The translations under genes and the position numbers were made by a program. This document shows, piece after piece, positions 27,801 to 38,486 of a stretch of DNA of 64,000 bases. The stretch lies in assembly GCA_041395445.1 (NCBI GenBank), contig JAWLAO010000009.1, positions 6,150 through 70,149 on the forward strand, read 5' to 3'. The notes beneath the pieces are model-generated. The model worked only from the letters and a program-made list of their open reading frames with translations, did no database searches and was not told the origin of the DNA. Source of the stretch: Gammaproteobacteria bacterium. GTDB taxonomy: Bacteria; Pseudomonadota; Gammaproteobacteria; Xanthomonadales; Marinicellaceae. The first letter of the stretch is position 1. Every line of letters begins with the position of its first letter.

Positions 27801-28574
27801 TTAGTTATTTCCTCTTATCACTTCTCCTGCTAACCCGAGGTAAGCAATGGCTCCACGTGAAGCAGAGTCATATTCGATAACCGACATTCCATGTGACGGA
27901 GCTTCAGCAACACGCACATTTCTGGGAATCACAGTCACATAAACTTTTGAATCGAAATGTTCAAGCAATTGTGACGAAACATCATTTGCCAGATTGTTTC
28001 TGCCATCAAACATAGTACGGATAATTCCTTCGATTTCCAAATCAGGATTTGCAGTTGATTGAATTCTTTCAATAGTCTCAAGCAAAGATGCCAAACCTTC
28101 CAAGGCATAGTACTCACATTGCATCGGTATCATTACACCTTTTGCAGCGACCAAGGCATTGACTGTTAAAATACTGAGTGAAGGCGGACAGTCAATAATA
28201 ATGTAGTCATAATCTTTGTTGAGTTTAGCTAGTTGCTTTCTGAGAACAGACTCAGGGTTTTGTTGTTCCATTAGTTGTAATTCAGCAGCCGTTAAATCTG
28301 TATTTGAACCAATCAAGTCAATCCCGGTATTCTCTGCTGTTAATACAACTTCATTTATATCAACTTCCTGAAGCAACATATCACAAGCATTAGGCTCAAT
28401 TTCTCTGGAATCAAATCCACAACCCATAGTTGCATTTCCTTGCGGATCTAAATCAATCAACAAAACTGATTTTTTTAAATGAGCCAAACCGACAGCCAAA
28501 TTGATACTGGTTGTGGTTTTACCAACACCACCTTTCTGATTTGCTACCGCAATTACCTTGTTCTTTTTGTTCAT
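27801..28574 (-). CDS. parA: Chromosome partitioning ATPase ParA/Soj
   Basis: Deviant Walker A NQKGGVGKTT, and the typical length. Confidence 0.95.
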   Translation of the reverse strand: MNKKNKVIAVANQKGGVGKTTTSINLAVGLAHLKKSVLLIDLDPQGNATMGCGFDSREIEPNACDMLLQEVDINEVVLTAENTGIDLIGSNTDLTAAELQLMEQQNPESVLRKQLAKLNKDYDYIIIDCPPSLSILTVNALVAAKGVMIPMQCEYYALEGLASLLETIERIQSTANPDLEIEGIIRTMFDGRNNLANDVSSQLLEHFDSKVYVTVIPRNVRVAEAPSHGMSVIEYDSASRGAIAYLGLAGEVIRGNN

Positions 28575-29197
28575 ATTTTTGTAAAAACCAACAACCGTCT
28601 TTCTGCATCTAAAAACGGAACTTTAATATCAATATCTTTTTCCAAATGAAATCCTATTTGTTCAGAATTTTGTTCTGACTCAACTCTTGGTCCTTTCATT
28701 GCCAATACTCTGCCATTATCCGAACAGAGATGCCCTGCAAGCTTTAAAAAATTGCCCACCTCAGAAAAGGCTCTGGATATTACCACATCATAACTCGATT
28801 GGGGATGATAATTCTCAACTCTGCTGCAAACAACCTCAATATTTTGCAGATTGAGCTGTCTTTGCGCAAATCTCAGAAATCGAGTTTTTTTATGACTGGT
28901 ATCTAACAAAGTAACAAACAAATCAGGATTGAGTATTGAAAATATAATTCCCGGAATTCCACCACCGGTTCCTACATCAATGATTGAGTTTCCCTGCAAA
29001 TAACGATAAACTGCAGCACTATCAATAACGTGTAAAGTAATCATTTGAGAAAGGTCTCTAATCGCTGTCAAATTATATGTTTTGTTCCACTTGTCCAATA
29101 GATAGACAAATTCTAATAATTTTTCAGCATGACCGGTATCAAGGTTTAGCTCATTCAGGCTTTCAGTCATAAGCCCAACAAGCGAGTTTTTATTCAT
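28571..29197 (-). CDS. rsmG: 16S rRNA m7G527 methyltransferase RsmG (GidB)
   Basis: SAM motif DVGTGGGIPG. It lies upstream of parAB and overlaps parA by 4 nt. Confidence 0.9.
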   Translation of the reverse strand: MNKNSLVGLMTESLNELNLDTGHAEKLLEFVYLLDKWNKTYNLTAIRDLSQMITLHVIDSAAVYRYLQGNSIIDVGTGGGIPGIIFSILNPDLFVTLLDTSHKKTRFLRFAQRQLNLQNIEVVCSRVENYHPQSSYDVVISRAFSEVGNFLKLAGHLCSDNGRVLAMKGPRVESEQNSEQIGFHLEKDIDIKVPFLDAERRLLVFTKI

Positions 29198-29332
29198 AAT
29201 GTGACTTTTAACCCATTGTTAAATTCAACTTAATAAGGTAACTTATGCAACCCTGACACGTTTGTAATAATTAAGAGCGGGCAATTATAGTAATTGTTCA
29301 ACTAAAGAACCAAGAAAACAGGCAAAATACTT

Positions 29333-29983
29333 ATGAATTTTAATACCGCCAGAAAAAATATGTTACTGAATCAGGTGAGAACCTGGGACTTTATCAGCCC
29401 CGAAGTATTGAATACAATGCGCAAGCTACAAAGAGAAGAGTTTGTTCCCGTAGAACATAGAAAACTCGCATTCAGCGACTTTGAAATTCCGTTGGCTCAT
29501 GACGAATCGATGATGAAACCAATTGTCGAAGGACGAATTCTACAAAATCTCCATCTCAACGGAACAGACAACATTCTTGAAGTTGGTACCGGAAGTGCGT
29601 ATTTCACAGCTTTACTTGCACTTTCTGCAAAAAAAGTAACCAGCATTGATATTCATCAGGATTTCATTGATTCTGCGGAAGAAAAATTATCTGAAGCAAA
29701 GATAAAAAACTGCGAGTTGCTTTGTGAAAACATATTCGAGATTTCTTCCAGAAAAAAATACGATGTCATTGTTATCACCGGCTCTATGCAAAACACACCC
29801 GATTTCTTACTGAAAAATCTCAACAAAGGTGGTAAAATTTTTGCAATCATCGGCGACGAACCCATTATGAGCGCATGTCTCATTACAAAAAATGAGAATG
29901 GCGAAACAAACTTTGAAACTTTATTTGAAACGGTTGTCAAACCTCTCAGCGGGCAAAGTCAGCACTCTAATTTTAAACTTTAA
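29333..29983 (+). CDS. Protein-L-isoaspartate O-methyltransferase-like protein
   Basis: ILEVGTGSAYFTALLA motif I and Pcm-like length. It sits immediately upstream of tolC, as seen in several gammaproteobacteria. Confidence 0.7.
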   Translation: MNFNTARKNMLLNQVRTWDFISPEVLNTMRKLQREEFVPVEHRKLAFSDFEIPLAHDESMMKPIVEGRILQNLHLNGTDNILEVGTGSAYFTALLALSAKKVTSIDIHQDFIDSAEEKLSEAKIKNCELLCENIFEISSRKKYDVIVITGSMQNTPDFLLKNLNKGGKIFAIIGDEPIMSACLITKNENGETNFETLFETVVKPLSGQSQHSNFKL

Positions 29984-29999
29984 AAAAAGTGATAGTATT

Positions 30000-31364
30000 A
30001 TGAAAAAAATATATTTAAGCATAAGCTCAGCACTTCTTAGCTTCTCTGCAGTATCTGCGGATTTAACGGAAGTCTTTTTACAGAGCGAAAAACATGACCC
30101 TCAACTTTCCGCGGCAAAACACACTTTGAATGCCAGTTCCGAAGGCAAAAAACAAGCTTTCTCTACTTTTCTGCCTCAAGTGTCCGCGAGCATGAGCGCT
30201 TCAACGAGTGATACAGAAAGTACAACTGACAAGGATGGCAATGAAATCAGTTTTACCAGTGACTCTGATAACAGAGGCTGGAGTGTGAGTTTATCTCAGA
30301 CGCTGTACAATCATGCCAACTATCAAAATTATAAAATTTCAAAACTTCAGGTTCTACAATCTGAAGCAGAATATACAACCGCTTATCAGGATTTTATCCT
30401 CAGAGTAGCAAATGCGTACTTCAATGTTCTTGGAGCAAAAGATAGCTTGTTATTCTCTGAAGCTGAAGAAAAAGCCATTCAACGTCAACTGGATCAAGCT
30501 GAGCAACGTTTTGAAGTTGGATTGGCGGCAATTACAGATGTTCATGAAGCCAGAGCCAGATATGATGGAGCGAGAGCTTCTGTGATTATTGCTCAGAATC
30601 TTTTGGATGATGCCAATGAGGCATTATTTGAAATGTCTCAGCAATATTACACCGAGCTTACACAAGTTCCCAATGATGTTGACTATGGTATGTTCCAGCT
30701 TAAAACAATGGACGCGTATCAGGAGTTGGCATTAGCCCAAAACCCTGATTTAATGGTAGCGAAAGTTAGTAGTGATATCTCTGAAAAACAAATAGGCGTG
30801 AGCCGCTCAGGACATTTTCCAACATTGTCACTTTCAGCACGAAAAAATCATTCATTTAGCCCTAATACTGTTTCAACCCAATTTGATTTGAACACACAAG
30901 TTCCGGTTCAATTTGAATCCGGTGACCAAACAAGCGATACCAATTCGATTTCATTGAATCTGAACATACCAATTTATTCCGGTGGACGAACATCTTCACA
31001 GGTTCGCCAATCTGCCAGTCTGCACAGCGCTGCAATGGACAGACATGAAATGACCAGACGCAACACTGTTCGTAGTGTTCGAAATGCCTATCATGGAACA
31101 TTGGCAGCAAAAAGTAGCGTTGATGCCAGAAAACAAGCGATGATTTCTGCAGAAAGCGGACTGGAAGCCACAGAAGCGGGATACGAAGTCGGAACAAGAA
31201 CCATTGTCGATGTGTTAAACTCACAAAGAAGTTTATATCAAGCTCAAAGAGATTACTCACAAGCAAAATATGACTACTTTATTCAGTACCTCACATTGAA
31301 AAGAGCATCCGGAACTTTGAATGCAGAAGATATATTTGATATCAATAACAAGGTATTAAAATAA
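30000..31364 (+). CDS. tolC: Outer membrane channel TolC
   Basis: The internal ATG at 30000 gives the signal peptide MKKIYLSISSALLSFSAVSA. The ORF-track start 29892 would overlap the upstream gene. Two-fold repeated OEP architecture. Confidence 0.85.
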   Translation: MKKIYLSISSALLSFSAVSADLTEVFLQSEKHDPQLSAAKHTLNASSEGKKQAFSTFLPQVSASMSASTSDTESTTDKDGNEISFTSDSDNRGWSVSLSQTLYNHANYQNYKISKLQVLQSEAEYTTAYQDFILRVANAYFNVLGAKDSLLFSEAEEKAIQRQLDQAEQRFEVGLAAITDVHEARARYDGARASVIIAQNLLDDANEALFEMSQQYYTELTQVPNDVDYGMFQLKTMDAYQELALAQNPDLMVAKVSSDISEKQIGVSRSGHFPTLSLSARKNHSFSPNTVSTQFDLNTQVPVQFESGDQTSDTNSISLNLNIPIYSGGRTSSQVRQSASLHSAAMDRHEMTRRNTVRSVRNAYHGTLAAKSSVDARKQAMISAESGLEATEAGYEVGTRTIVDVLNSQRSLYQAQRDYSQAKYDYFIQYLTLKRASGTLNAEDIFDINNKVLK

Positions 31365-31388
31365 GTTTTCATAACTTAAAACAAAAAA

Positions 31389-31412
31389 CGCCGGATTTTC
31401 CGGCGTTTTTTT
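31389..31412 (+). terminator. Rho-independent terminator after tolC
   Basis: CGCCGG-ATTTT-CCGGCG followed by TTTTTTT. Confidence 0.85.
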
Positions 31413-31420
31413 ATATCTCG

Positions 31421-31759
31421 TTATACTTCATGAGGAGAGAGATGGATAAGCTTTTCGAGTTGAGCTTGATCTTCATCCGAAATGTCAATGACATGCAACC
31501 CACAAAAATTGAAATCTTCACGATGGCTTTCAGTCCACATACACTCTAACCCCACAACAATATCGTGATAATCTTTCGAATCAAACTTCCAGAGCGTTTG
31601 AAACATTTCTCCAGGCTCAATACCATTTTTACAATTTAACAAAACACCATCGCGAGACACATTCAAGACCTCTCCCATGCCTTTTTCCGTGAGTGTGTTG
31701 ATGAGAAGAATTTCAACAACGGGCTTAACTCTTTTATTTTTTCGATATTCCTTACTCAT
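31421..31759 (-). CDS. PilZ domain protein
   Basis: RKNKR (RxxxR) and NVSRDG (D/NxSxxG) c-di-GMP-binding motifs at the expected spacing. Confidence 0.65.
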   Translation of the reverse strand: MSKEYRKNKRVKPVVEILLINTLTEKGMGEVLNVSRDGVLLNCKNGIEPGEMFQTLWKFDSKDYHDIVVGLECMWTESHREDFNFCGLHVIDISDEDQAQLEKLIHLSPHEV

Positions 31760-31773
31760 TGAGTTCTTTAAAT

Positions 31774-33927
31774 TTATTTAGCAGCCTGTGGAATCCCCAT
31801 TATATTTATAATTTTGTTATAAATACTACTCAAAACACCTTTAAAATATTCTTTTTTCTCAACTTCAACAATTCTAATTTTTTTCGCTACTATATCTTTG
31901 GCTAGAGATGACAAAGATTGTTCATAAGGTTTATTACCAATCAAAGATACAAATAAAGCATTGTTAGAAACAGGACTAAACCAGCTTAGCTTTCTTCTGA
32001 TTTCTGATGAGTTCTCATCGCCATTAAAATCAAAGAATGTTCCAAAAGGTAAAAGTTTAAAACGAGTCAATTGAGACTTCTCCTCTTCAGTTAAATTCTC
32101 ATACTCATCTTTCTTAGTTTTTTGAGCAGATATTTTATTTTCAGAAAGGGGAATTTTTTCTTTAATGGATGGAACATCAATGATTTGGATTTCCTTCTCA
32201 TCTTTTCCATCCATCACTGCTAAAGAACACTCTTTAATGTTCAACAGCACATTGGTTTTATCATTAACCGAATATCCCAATTCATTCATTATCAAATCTG
32301 TATGATGCAAAGATTCAATTTTTTGTTTTGGAGTCAGTTTTCTCACCATCTCTGCATGTGTCATTTGCGCAATACAGGTTGCCGTACTAACAATCTTTCT
32401 CCACTCAGAAGATTCTTCTCCTTCACGTAACAAAACCAATATCAATTTATCTTTAAAAGCCGTCAGCAGCAATTGCTTGATAAAATGGGGAATAGAAAGA
32501 TTAATCAGTTCATCAATAATTTGATTGACGCGCATCCGAGCTCTTTCCATTTTTTCCTTACCTTTACTAACACTCACCCACTTTTGCTCTGCTCGCTGAG
32601 CTCGAAGCTCTGTCATCTCCAGATATGCGGTTAAATCCTCATTGGCTGTTTTAAAAGCGGTATCACTTCCATCAAAATTTCCTGCAACGTGCTTACTGAA
32701 TTTCTGTAAATCATCAACAACCTTGGTTCCATGCCATTTTTGTGAGGCCTGAATGATATTTTCCAGATATTCTCTGGCAGGGTGCTTGTCATCCTCAAAA
32801 AATTTCATGTTAGCTGTTGCCAGTCTCAATAATGGAATACTGATTGCGTCAATCGAAGAAATAACATTCTGATCAATGTTACTATCATTCTGAACATGTT
32901 CATAAAACAGACCCATCACCTCCATCGCATTTTGATGTTGAGGACTCAGCTTAGGGTAAAAGACTCCGGTAGTGTTTTTAATTGTATCTAACAAATTTTC
33001 CTTAAATTGCCTTCCAATTCCTCGATTTTTTGGCATTTGGCTCAAAACCTTGTCAAGAGTGTCAGCATCCACATTAACAGGAGCATTGATGTTTTCAACA
33101 GGTATCTGTTGTTCTCTGCGATTGGATAGGAAATTAAAAATCTCATTGACTGTGTGATTTTCAGAGTGAACTTTAGCACCAGAGACATCATTCTGTTTGC
33201 TACTCTCAACCTTGGAATCAGGGTTTTCCGTATTTTTTTGTTCAGCCGCTCGTTGCGCGGTGCTTTTATTCGAAGGCTTCTGAGAAATTAGATTTTTGTA
33301 TTCAAACTTGATATTAGGTAATATACCTGCCTGCTCAAATTCCTGATTAATCTGAAGATACATGCCCTCAAGGTTGATTATTAACAACCTTGTCAACTCT
33401 CTAATCATTAGAGTTTTAGTTTTAATACTGACTTCCAGCAAGTCAAAAAGCTGGCTGTAAACCCAAACAACTGAACTAGCTCCGAACGGCATATTGAATT
33501 TATCAATTTTTCGGGAAGCGTAAATAACCTTAAACCTTTTTTCCAAGGCATAAAGATATTTTGTGAATTTAATATCGAGAACTGATTCCAGTTGAGTAAA
33601 AGCTAATGTAATTTCCAGATCTTCATCATTTACCAAAGAAAGCTTTATTTCTTCTTCATTATTTCTGACCTGTTTGTAGATTTCATCAGGCATGGAGTCG
33701 ATGATTGATAACAATGGGTCTTTTGTCCCGGCTGAGCTTTTTTTCAGCAAGTTAAACTGCTCAAAAATCTTCACCTCTTCAGAGTTCGATTGAGCTTTCT
33801 CAGATTTTGAAAATAGTACATTCAGAGTTTTCTTTATCGATTCATCAAAACTCCTGACCAGCGATTTTTCAAAAAAAAACAAACACCGATCTATAATCAA
33901 GTGTTGCCTAGCTGCTTGTTTCTGCAT
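31774..33927 (-). CDS. Large cytoplasmic protein, probably DUF1631 family
   Basis: 717 aa, assigned to DUF1631 from overall pattern recall only. Gammaproteobacterial DUF1631 proteins are of similar size. Confidence 0.5.
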   Translation of the reverse strand: MQKQAARQHLIIDRCLFFFEKSLVRSFDESIKKTLNVLFSKSEKAQSNSEEVKIFEQFNLLKKSSAGTKDPLLSIIDSMPDEIYKQVRNNEEEIKLSLVNDEDLEITLAFTQLESVLDIKFTKYLYALEKRFKVIYASRKIDKFNMPFGASSVVWVYSQLFDLLEVSIKTKTLMIRELTRLLIINLEGMYLQINQEFEQAGILPNIKFEYKNLISQKPSNKSTAQRAAEQKNTENPDSKVESSKQNDVSGAKVHSENHTVNEIFNFLSNRREQQIPVENINAPVNVDADTLDKVLSQMPKNRGIGRQFKENLLDTIKNTTGVFYPKLSPQHQNAMEVMGLFYEHVQNDSNIDQNVISSIDAISIPLLRLATANMKFFEDDKHPAREYLENIIQASQKWHGTKVVDDLQKFSKHVAGNFDGSDTAFKTANEDLTAYLEMTELRAQRAEQKWVSVSKGKEKMERARMRVNQIIDELINLSIPHFIKQLLLTAFKDKLILVLLREGEESSEWRKIVSTATCIAQMTHAEMVRKLTPKQKIESLHHTDLIMNELGYSVNDKTNVLLNIKECSLAVMDGKDEKEIQIIDVPSIKEKIPLSENKISAQKTKKDEYENLTEEEKSQLTRFKLLPFGTFFDFNGDENSSEIRRKLSWFSPVSNNALFVSLIGNKPYEQSLSSLAKDIVAKKIRIVEVEKKEYFKGVLSSIYNKIINIMGIPQAAK

Positions 33928-34091
33928 TTTCTTTCCAATATATCCCCATTCCAGACCAATAATATATCAGATTTATTGAATAAATCAAAATGACTAACTT
34001 GTAAACTTTTGTCAAGTCAACCAAGAAAAAGTTTAGAAAAGCCTAATTTGTTAGTGGTCAACCATAAAAACTTAAGGTTTTAAAAACTATT

Positions 34092-37000
34092 TTAATCTTC
34101 ACTAATCTCCAACAAATCAGCATTTCCACCAACTGCAGATATATTGTTGGTTATCGTTGTTTCAGTTATGAATCTTTCCAGATAGTTTGGGCCTCCTGCT
34201 TTTGGACCTGTGCCTGACAAACCCAGCCCTCCAAAAGGATGAACACCGACAACGGCTCCGATAGTGCTACGATTGATGTAGCAATTTCCAACTCTGATAC
34301 GCGAAACAATATGCTCGATAGTATTGTTAATTCGAGAATGCACTCCGAAGGTTAAACCAAATCCCGTTGAGTTAATCTCATTAATCACTTTATCCAGCTC
34401 CGATGCTTTGAAACGAATGACATGCAAGAATGGACCAAAAACTTCTTCTTTCAGTACATTAATTGAATCTATCTCAAAAGCATGAGGAGGAAAATAATAT
34501 CCTTGTAAATTTTCAGGAATGCTCAATGCTTTAATGAGTTTGCCTTTTTCCTGAATAAAATCAACATGCGCATTGAGTTTGTTCAGTGCCGTTTGATCTA
34601 TGAGCGGACCGACATCTGAATAATAGTTTTCAGGGTGATTGATGCTCATCTCCTGCATTGCACCCGCCAGCATTTTCAGAACATTATCGGCGATATCCTC
34701 TTGGACATATAAAACCCGTAAAGCCGAGCATCTTTGACCGGCGCTAACGAATGCTGAAGCCACCACATCTTTGACCAGTTGTTCCGGCAATGCCGAAGAA
34801 TCAGCAATCATACAGTTTTGACCACCTGTTTCGGCAACTAAGGTGGCAATTGAAGCATTTTTTCTACTTGCCAGATTAAGATTAATCACACGCGCGGTTT
34901 GAGTTGAACCAGTAAATACCACTCCGCTTATTTTTTCAGATTGGCAAAGAACATTCCCAATTTCCCGACCTAAACCGGGAACAAATTGAAAGACCTCCTG
35001 TGGAACACCAGCTTGATGAATTAAACAAGCTGTAAAATATCCAATAATTGATGTTTGCTCTGCCGGTTTAGCGATGACACAGTTACCGGTGACCAGAGCT
35101 GCAACAATTTGCCCTACATAAATTGCTAAAGGAAAGTTCCACGGACTGATGCATACGAACGTCCCTTTGCCGCTAAAACTTAAAAAATTGCTTTCCCCTG
35201 TTGGTCCGGGCATTTTTTCAGCTTCTGACATTTTTTCAATCGCATGATAGGCGTAATATCTACAAAAATCCATGGCCTCTCTGATTTCTGAAATGCTGTC
35301 AGTCAAACTTTTCCCGGCTTCATGCCTGAGCAAATGCAGAAGCATATCACGATTTTCATGAATCAAATCAGCAACTTTATTGATAACTTCCGCCCGGTGA
35401 TTCACATTCGTTGCATTCCATGCGGGAAAGGATTTTGAAGCGTTTTGGATAGCAAGTTCAGCATCTTTAGCATTCGCAAAAATATTGTAGCCGACAAGAT
35501 AATTCGAATCCGCCGGAGAATAAACCTCTTGCGACGTTGATTCACCTCTATATCCCGGAATCAAAGGTGTACAAGTTATCTTTTGTAATTTGAAATTCTC
35601 CAATTTCTCTTGCAAATTATTAAAAGTCTGTAAATCAGCTAAATTAATTCCCTGAGAATTATTTCTTTTTGGTAGATAAATCTCCATTGGCAATGAAATT
35701 TGCGGATGGCGATGATTGGAATGTGATCGTACCACCTCAATCGGATCTTGAGTAATGTCATCAATACCCAACTCTAAATCGACTAAGCGATTCACAAATG
35801 ATGTGTTCGCACCATTTTCAAGCAATCTTCTCACCAAATAAGGTAACAAATCCTCATGAGAGCCCACAGGAGCATAAACCCGACAAGGAACATTAAGTCC
35901 TTTTGGGTCAATCGTCTGTTTGTGTAAGGCTTGACCCATTCCATGCAATCTTTGAAACTCATAACCAACATTATCACCGGCCATCACTCTGACAGCAGCA
36001 ACAGTATTGGCATTGTGTGTGGCAAATTGAGGATAAAATTTATCACGGTTTTTCAACAAAGTGGTTGCACACGCCAAATAAGAAATATCTGTGTTCACTT
36101 TTCGGGTAAATACCGGATAGTCATCCAAACCTTGCTCTTGAGCTCTTTTTATTTCAGTATCCCAATAAGCACCTTTGACCAATCGTAATGGAATTTTATG
36201 ACCATATTTATCATTCAATGAAACCAGAAAATCAATGACTGCTGATGCTCTTTTCTGAAACGCCTGAACCACCAAACCGAAACCGTTATAATCTTTCGGA
36301 CATTGGCTATAAACTTGTTCAAAAACCAAAAGCGACAATTCCAAACGGTCGGCTTCTTCAGCATCAACAGTCACCGCCATATTCAACGAGGCGGCTAAAT
36401 CAACAATTTGCTTCACTCTCGGGACCAATTCTTTCAAAACACGTCCGACATTTGCAATTTCATAACGTGGATGTAAAGCAGATAATTTGATGGAAATGGT
36501 CGCAGCCTCTTCAATCTTCTTTTTGGCATTATATTTAGCAATCACACTCACAGCATCAAGATAGGCTTTCAGATATCTGTCAGCATCCGCTTGAGTTAAT
36601 GCAGCCTCTCCAAGCATATCGAATGAAAAACGATAATCACGATGCTTTTTTGTTTGCGAGCGTTTCAGAGCTTCATCAATGGTTCTTCCCATGACAAATT
36701 GTCTGCCCATCACTTTCATTGCCTGATAAATTCCTTTTCTGACGACTGGTTCACCGGTTTTGTTCAGTAGCTTGTCGAATATTTTTGACAAGCCTTTTTT
36801 ATCTTCATCAATGTGAATGATTTTACCGGTCAGCATCAAACCCCATGTCGAGGCGTTAACAAATGTTGAGTCACTTTTACCCATGTGTGACTTCCAATCT
36901 CCATCGAGCAACTTATCCTTAATTAGTTTTTCGGCCGTTCCTTTATCCGGTATTCTTAGCAAGGCCTCAGCCATACACATCAGTACAATTCCTTCTTTGG

Positions 37001-37226
37001 ATGACAAATCATACTCCTTCATAAAGGCATCAACACCATCCATATCCTTGATTTGGCTCCTTACATTTTTGACCAATTTAACTGCTAGTTCTTTGATTTC
37101 CGCCCGAGCTTTAAAACCCGGATTAGCTTGTTCAAGCAGTTCATTAACTAAGGTGTTTTCATCCTTGAGAAAATTTTCAGACAATCCTTTAATTGGAGAT
37201 GTTTTTTGACCGGAAAAATAATTCAC
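34092..37226 (-). CDS. putA: Bifunctional proline dehydrogenase / 1-pyrroline-5-carboxylate dehydrogenase (short form without DNA-binding domain)
   Basis: 1044 aa. An N-terminal PRODH barrel is followed by an ALDH domain with catalytic FVSAGQRCSALR and ETGGQN. Confidence 0.95.
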   Translation of the reverse strand: MNYFSGQKTSPIKGLSENFLKDENTLVNELLEQANPGFKARAEIKELAVKLVKNVRSQIKDMDGVDAFMKEYDLSSKEGIVLMCMAEALLRIPDKGTAEKLIKDKLLDGDWKSHMGKSDSTFVNASTWGLMLTGKIIHIDEDKKGLSKIFDKLLNKTGEPVVRKGIYQAMKVMGRQFVMGRTIDEALKRSQTKKHRDYRFSFDMLGEAALTQADADRYLKAYLDAVSVIAKYNAKKKIEEAATISIKLSALHPRYEIANVGRVLKELVPRVKQIVDLAASLNMAVTVDAEEADRLELSLLVFEQVYSQCPKDYNGFGLVVQAFQKRASAVIDFLVSLNDKYGHKIPLRLVKGAYWDTEIKRAQEQGLDDYPVFTRKVNTDISYLACATTLLKNRDKFYPQFATHNANTVAAVRVMAGDNVGYEFQRLHGMGQALHKQTIDPKGLNVPCRVYAPVGSHEDLLPYLVRRLLENGANTSFVNRLVDLELGIDDITQDPIEVVRSHSNHRHPQISLPMEIYLPKRNNSQGINLADLQTFNNLQEKLENFKLQKITCTPLIPGYRGESTSQEVYSPADSNYLVGYNIFANAKDAELAIQNASKSFPAWNATNVNHRAEVINKVADLIHENRDMLLHLLRHEAGKSLTDSISEIREAMDFCRYYAYHAIEKMSEAEKMPGPTGESNFLSFSGKGTFVCISPWNFPLAIYVGQIVAALVTGNCVIAKPAEQTSIIGYFTACLIHQAGVPQEVFQFVPGLGREIGNVLCQSEKISGVVFTGSTQTARVINLNLASRKNASIATLVAETGGQNCMIADSSALPEQLVKDVVASAFVSAGQRCSALRVLYVQEDIADNVLKMLAGAMQEMSINHPENYYSDVGPLIDQTALNKLNAHVDFIQEKGKLIKALSIPENLQGYYFPPHAFEIDSINVLKEEVFGPFLHVIRFKASELDKVINEINSTGFGLTFGVHSRINNTIEHIVSRIRVGNCYINRSTIGAVVGVHPFGGLGLSGTGPKAGGPNYLERFITETTITNNISAVGGNADLLEISED

Positions 37227-37580
37227 TGTTTCGCCTTAACAATTTTGTAATTGCGGCTATTATAATTGAACATGACTTTGGCTTGGTAGAATATTTTTTG
37301 GATTTTGGAATATCAATTCTAGGTATTAAAAATTGAGAAATTACATGGCGGATTTACAGCAAAAGCAGGACAAATTATTCATTATATTAGAATTTTCTAA
37401 TATAAATAAAATTTGATAAATTTCATAAATCAATGCGACTTTTTCAAATTGCTCATGCTAAACTACCGTCGATTGGTAGAGGCATCATCATTAGTTCAGG
37501 CAGATATTGCCGGCAACTGAGTTACTCTGAATGCATCAAAGTTTAAACGCCAAAAGAAAATCAATGAGGTTATAGAATCA

Positions 37581-38465
37581 ATGAATAAAACAACAAAAAG
37601 TTGTAAAAGAGGGTATTTAAGTCTCTTTTTTACAGTTCTGGGCACATTTATTTCCGGCTTTGCCTACGCTGAATATGGTGTAAATATGACACAAGGTGTG
37701 ACCGAATTCAGTCAAACAGCTTATGATTTACACATGATTGTTTTCTGGATTTGTGTGGTCATAGCCGTTCTGGTTTTTGGAACAATGATTTATTCCATGT
37801 TTGCACATAGAAAATCAAAAGGTGTCGAAGCGGCACAGTTTTCACACAGCACCAAAGCAGAAGTAATCTGGACGATTATTCCTATTCTGATTTTGGTTTC
37901 TATGGCAGTTCCTGCGACTAAAGCACTAATGAGAATGGAAGCTCCAAAAGATGAAAATGGTGAACACCTCAATATGGAAATGACGGTAAAAGTTACAGGT
38001 TATCAATGGAAATGGAAATATGAGTATCTGGGAGAAAATGTTTCTTTTCTAAGCACTTTGAAAAGAGATAGCGACATGGCTCGTCAGATTGGTGATTTCC
38101 CAAATAAAAAACGACCGGGTGAAATTGAAAATTATCTGTTAGACGTCGATCAACCATTGGTTATACCGGTGGATACCAATATTAGATTCTTACTCACTTC
38201 CAATGACGTGATTCACTCTTGGTGGGTTCCACAGTTTGGCTGGAAAAGAGATGCAATTCCCGGTTATGTGAACGAAGCATGGACAAATGTTAAGGAAGTT
38301 GGTACTTATCGTGGTCAATGTGCTGAATTATGCGGTAAAGACCATGGATTTATGCCAATTGTTGTTGAAGTAAAATCTAAAGAAGACTTCGCTAAATGGC
38401 TGAGTGAGCAGAAAGGTGAAAACCTTGCAGGCGATGTATCTGTTCAAACACTAGCTAAAAACTGA
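37581..38465 (+). CDS. coxB: Cytochrome c oxidase subunit II (aa3 type, no fused cytochrome c)
   Basis: CuA site HSWWVP ... CAELCGKDHGFM, with two N-terminal TM helices. Confidence 0.95.
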   Translation: MNKTTKSCKRGYLSLFFTVLGTFISGFAYAEYGVNMTQGVTEFSQTAYDLHMIVFWICVVIAVLVFGTMIYSMFAHRKSKGVEAAQFSHSTKAEVIWTIIPILILVSMAVPATKALMRMEAPKDENGEHLNMEMTVKVTGYQWKWKYEYLGENVSFLSTLKRDSDMARQIGDFPNKKRPGEIENYLLDVDQPLVIPVDTNIRFLLTSNDVIHSWWVPQFGWKRDAIPGYVNEAWTNVKEVGTYRGQCAELCGKDHGFMPIVVEVKSKEDFAKWLSEQKGENLAGDVSVQTLAKN

Positions 38466-38486
38466 TAATATTTGAGGGTAGAGAAA

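Noticed and set aside
29892-29999. 36-aa N-terminal extension of the tolC ORF, overlapping the pcm-like gene
   Set aside because: The internal ATG at 30000 yields a canonical signal peptide. The extension overlaps 92 nt of the upstream coding region.
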